A stretch of DNA of 32,000 nucleotides from the NCBI GenBank assembly GCA_002794465.1, contig MTSL01000126.1, forward strand, positions 46,155 to 78,154. The letters are read 5' to 3'. Of the stretch, positions 27,966 through 32,000 are shown piece after piece. A program made the translations under genes and the position numbers. This DNA comes from Paramicrosporidium saccamoebae KSL3. Its lineage: Eukaryota > Fungi > Cryptomycota. The number at the start of each line of letters is the position of its first letter. The first letter of the stretch is position 1. The notes below the pieces were generated by a model, which was not told the DNA's origin, searched no databases, and saw only the letters and a program-made list of their open reading frames with translations.

Positions 27966-28008
27966 ATTAATCTAACGTCAGGTCGATACGATACGTCGTT
28001 AGATTAAT
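27966..28008. repeat. Perfect 12-bp inverted repeat with 19-nt loop
   Basis: ATTAATCTAACG (27966-27977) and CGTTAGATTAAT (27997-28008). Confidence 0.9.
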
Positions 28009-28174
28009 ACTAGACGGATTCTCTTTCGGTTCGATTCATAAGCCCTTTGATTTGTAAATCCGCTTGATTCATAAACTTGCTCATAGACTCACTATAGACT
28101 CGATGATTGGCTCGTCCAAAAAGGGAAAACAATAAAATTGTTTGGTTGTTATTGCTTCTGGACCGATTCTTGCT

Positions 28175-31100
28175 ATGGTACCTATTGACCATGTGCGGTC
28201 GGGCACAGACCTACAGGTGGGAAAGCCTACCCTTAAGGAGGTATGCATATGGAAAGTGGGGTAGAATGTAGGGCTCGCACATCTGGGTGTCTGATGAGCA
28301 TGAAAGCTGGCTGGCAGCAACCGTGCTCTCTACGACCATGGTGGAATTGGAGGAGAGTGGAAAAGTTTCCTGCTGTATCAGTTATTTACGCTTGTAGGAA
28401 CGAGAGCTCTTGCCAAAAGACACAGTCTTGCCGCGCAATACGACACTGGGGGAGGAGCGAATTGACGATCTCACGGGACTCGCCTTTCTCCACGAAGCTT
28501 CTGGTACACTGTGTGCTGGCTAGACTTACTTTAGTGCTGAGTACAATAAGAAGCCGCTATGCTAATGGAAGCATATACACGTATTCGGGGATAGTCCTGA
28601 CCGCTGTGAATCCTTACTGTCGACAGCCAATCTATGAACGCGAAGTTATCTGGGCGTACAATGAGCAACGCCGCGAGGAATTGGCACCACACCTGTTTGC
28701 CATTGCAGAGGATGCCCTAAGGTCGCTCTGCATTCACGGAACCAGTCAATCCATCATTGTGAGCGGCGAATCGGGGGCCGGCAAGACAATCAGTGCAAAA
28801 TACATTATGCGATACTTTGCCGAAGTGTGTGCAGTTGGGACACCGTCCCTGCAGTCCACAGAACATTTGCGGAAGGCTACAGTAGAGGACCGCGTGCTCG
28901 CTACCAATCCCATTCTGGAAGCGTTTGGCAATGCCAAGACTATCCGCAATGATAACAGTTCCCGATTTGGCAAGTATGTACAAATATTGTTCAATGAGAC
29001 AAATCTCATATCGGGAGCGGCCATCAAGACGTATCTTTTGGAAAAGACGCGAGTTGTCGTGCAAGCAGAAGATGAGAGGAACTTTCACATTTTTTACCAG
29101 CTACTTGCTGGATGTCCAGAAGCAGAGAGGAGTGAGCTTGGCTTGACAAAATGGTCCGATTTTCATTATCTGGCCAGCTGTGGCACCATTGACGGTATTG
29201 ATGACTTGGAAGAGTTTGGCCTGACCAAGAATGCGATGGGGATTGCTGGATTCTCTGAAGAGCAGCAATGGAAGATTTTCAAGATACTTGCAGCCATTCT
29301 GCATCTTGGAAATGTAGATTTTGATGAAGACGGCGATGGTCATGCCAGCATAAGGGCCGAGCGCGTGACTGCACTGACAACTGCCTGCGAGCTCCTTGGG
29401 ATTGTTGATCTTGGAGCCCACCTTGTTAAGAGAAAGATTGTTGCTGCACACGAAGTTGTGGATGCCTTTAATAGCCGTGTGCAGGCTTTGGCAGCTCGAG
29501 ACTCGTTGGCAAAATATCTTTACTCGGCACTGTTTACTCATATTGTGGACGGACTCAATGCAAATCTCTCTCCCAGTGAAGAATGCGAAAAGTTTATCGG
29601 CGTCCTGGACATTTACGGCTTTGAAAAATTCACCATAAACTCTTTTGAGCAATTCTGCATCAATTATGCAAATGAAAAACTGCAGAATTTGTTTAACAAG
29701 CATGTTTTTGATTTGGAACAAAAGCTGTACACGGACGAAGGGATTGATTGGTCATTTGTAAAGTTTTATGATAATCAGGTTTGTATTGACCTGATCGAAT
29801 CTAAACTTGGTGTGCTTGATCTTTTGGATGAAGAGTGTCGCTTCCCGAATGGGTCGGATGCTTCTTTTGTAACCAAGCTGTATGATAAACATGCCAAGGC
29901 CGAGACGGGCGAGTTTCTGCTGCGTCCCAAAATTTCTGTGGACGGACAATTTACAGTGAAGCATTTTGCCTATGATGTTGATTATATGTCGCATGGCTTT
30001 ATTGAAAAGAATCGCGACCAAGTCCCGACAGACTTGCTAGAATTTGTTAGCAACTCTTCCAATGACTTTGTCCGCTCCTTACTAGCGCCTGGTGTCAACG
30101 CTCTAGCCGCCAGTAGGGAGAATCTCAAGGGAAGGGAAGTAAAGTTGTCTACAGGAATGGCCTTTAAGGCTAGTCTCGGCAACTTGATGGACGTCATCTC
30201 CTCTACCCGTTCACACTACATCCGATGTATCAAACCCAACGAACAAAAGGAAGCAATGCTATTTGATGCGCCATTCGTGGTTCAGCAGCTGCGAGCGTGT
30301 GGAATTTTAGAGACAGTGAGAATTAGTTCGGCGGGATATCCAGGTCGCTGGCCGTTTGCAGAGTTTTTGGAGCGCTTCAGATTACTTGCTGCCGATCCTT
30401 GCTGCCTTTCAGAAATCGCTGATCCGCGCACGGCATGTCTGCAGCTGCTTGGAGAGTTTAAAATGTCACCGGACCAATTCCAAGTGGGAAAGACTCGCGT
30501 TTTCATGCGATCTGGGGTGCTGGCTGCCTTGGAGGAAGCACGGACAACAAAATTGATACTTTCCGCCACGCGGATACAAAGCGTGGTCAGGAGCGCATTG
30601 GCAGTTGCAGAAATGAAAAAGAAGGTTCAATCGGCCGGTATCGTTATTACTGTGATTCGGAGGCTATTTGGATGGACCGTGTATCAAAAGTTGGCAAAAG
30701 AACGAGCTTCATATAAGATTGTTACCGTATACTCTCGATTTGCCGCAAAAAGGCTGCTGCGTTCTGCTCAAAAGGCTTTGAGTGTAATTGTGGCCGTGCA
30801 TCTCCGATTTGTTGCGCGGATGGCATCCAAAGAGCTGCACAAGACGAATGCAAGCGGCACCGTAGTAACAATAGTACGCTGCTACTTGGCCCAGCGGTCG
30901 TATCTTGCACAGGTGCTGATTGCACTGGCAGTACAATCTCGATATCGACGAAATATTGCCTGGACACAGCTGCTCAAGTACAAGGAAGAGGCTAGGTCGG
31001 TGGAGCATTTCAAGGAAACGTCGGAAATGCTGCACCAGAAGATTGCGGATCTGACACTACAACTAAAGCTTGCCGACGAACACTTGTCTTATGAGCGGGG

Positions 31101-32000
31101 TGTAAATGCCCGGCTTCAAGAAGAACAACGGACTAGCGACACTGCCGCGGTGCACTTGGATGAGGTAACTGCCTTGCGGGCCGAATTTGAAGAGAGGATC
31201 GAGTCATTTGAAAAGATGATTGAGAGTCTTGAGATTGCAAATAGCGAGCTATTTGAACGAAACGAAGAATTGACAAGGCAGCTTTGTGCATATAGACTGG
31301 AGAAGACGAATGCTGGCCGTCTTCCTAGCCACAATCAGTCGCTGGCCAATATTATTTTAAGAGACACTGACACACCGCCGAGGAGTATGAGACATATGAG
31401 GGTGCTCTCATATGATTCCAAGATTGGCATGTTGAGCGAGCTGAATTTGCCAGAAATTACCCGACCGGCAATGATTCAAGCGACCAGTTCTGACCAGGTA
31501 ATCAGCTGTTGATGGAGATTGTTAATTGATTATAGGAGGACTTGCGGAACGCCTTGGATGATCCAGGGTGTCTGGCGGAATTGCTGCAGGTTGTGGAGAC
31601 TGCCCGGATTCCCAAGACGCCAGATGAGCGGGCCATGAAAAGTCTGGCCCGTATTCCGTGTAGAATATTCGAGCGGTGGATTTCGAGTTGGCTGAAAGTT
31701 GGATCCAGCCCAGAATTGGTCAAATCGTATCTGGACCGGGTGTTGAGTCACATCAAGTTGAATTGCATAGCTGTCCATGATAATTTTGTTATGAATGGAA
31801 GACGAGGCACTACGTCGACTAGTACGGTGGGGATTAGTGCCGACAGAAAGTTGGCATTTTGGATAGCAAACCTGTTTGATTTCCTGTGCTTCTTGCAATG
31901 GGCAGTGTCCGACTTGAATGATAGTGATCAGACGCCTACTGATGGGCAATTATCACAGAACATGCTGGTGCTATTGCAGCTAAGGACAGATGTGGCCCGG
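28175..32000 (+). CDS. MYO2: Myosin class V heavy chain, running off the right edge. Exons 28175-28240, 28272-28364, 28398-28503, 28535-31497, 31536->32000
   Basis: Introns of 31, 33, 31 and 38 nt give DDLTGLAFLHEAS|VL, GESGAGKTISAKYIMRYFA, NSSRFGK, LDIYGFE, HYIRCIKPN, QLRACGILETVRIS, an IQ neck, a coiled coil and a tail frame open to the window end with LAFWIAN. The track's stop at 31512 lies inside intron 31498-31535. Confidence 0.95.

Noticed and set aside
28243-28534. Track N-terminus of myosin V (MHMESGVEC...) and its stop at 31512
   Set aside because: Both are read-through into introns. The spliced model restores conserved myosin V sequence and continues the tail.
1-32000. Two myosin genes bracketing the window
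   Set aside because: Classes II and V diverged anciently and the genes are 26 kb apart with unrelated genes between; probably coincidence.

Overview
Eukaryotic, gene-dense window with a fungus-like gene set and 16 predicted GT-AG introns of only 23-38 nt, which the ORF track cannot see across. The compact layout, tiny 5'-biased introns, mitochondrial aconitase and myosins II and V suggest an early-diverging fungal relative such as Rozellomycota (Paramicrosporidium-like); this is inference only. The left part (1-14.9 kb) is housekeeping: myosin II (truncated by the edge), ACO1, TSR1, NOP10, a SLP1-type SUN protein, a small spliced orphan, a group III G-alpha, an omega-amidase and CBP80. Myosin V runs off the right edge. 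Between CBP80 and myosin V (15.0-27.9 kb) is an accessory island where 7 of 9 genes encode predicted secreted or surface proteins. It holds three divergent S33/TAP-like alpha/beta-hydrolases and a Cys-containing helical secreted protein. It also holds three orphan secreted proteins sharing an apparently unnamed architecture: signal peptide, basic segment, poly-Ser, 19-20 aa spacer, then [FY]xx[ST][VL][NH]xSL[RK]. Two of these carry NLS-like clusters, and one has its signal peptide on a hidden exon. The other two island genes encode a coiled-coil protein with a HEPN-like RNxxAH motif and a FAM114A-like protein with a FFAT-like motif and about 30 decapeptide repeats. No tRNA, rRNA, CRISPR array or transposase was recognised. 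All calls were made by eye without database searches.
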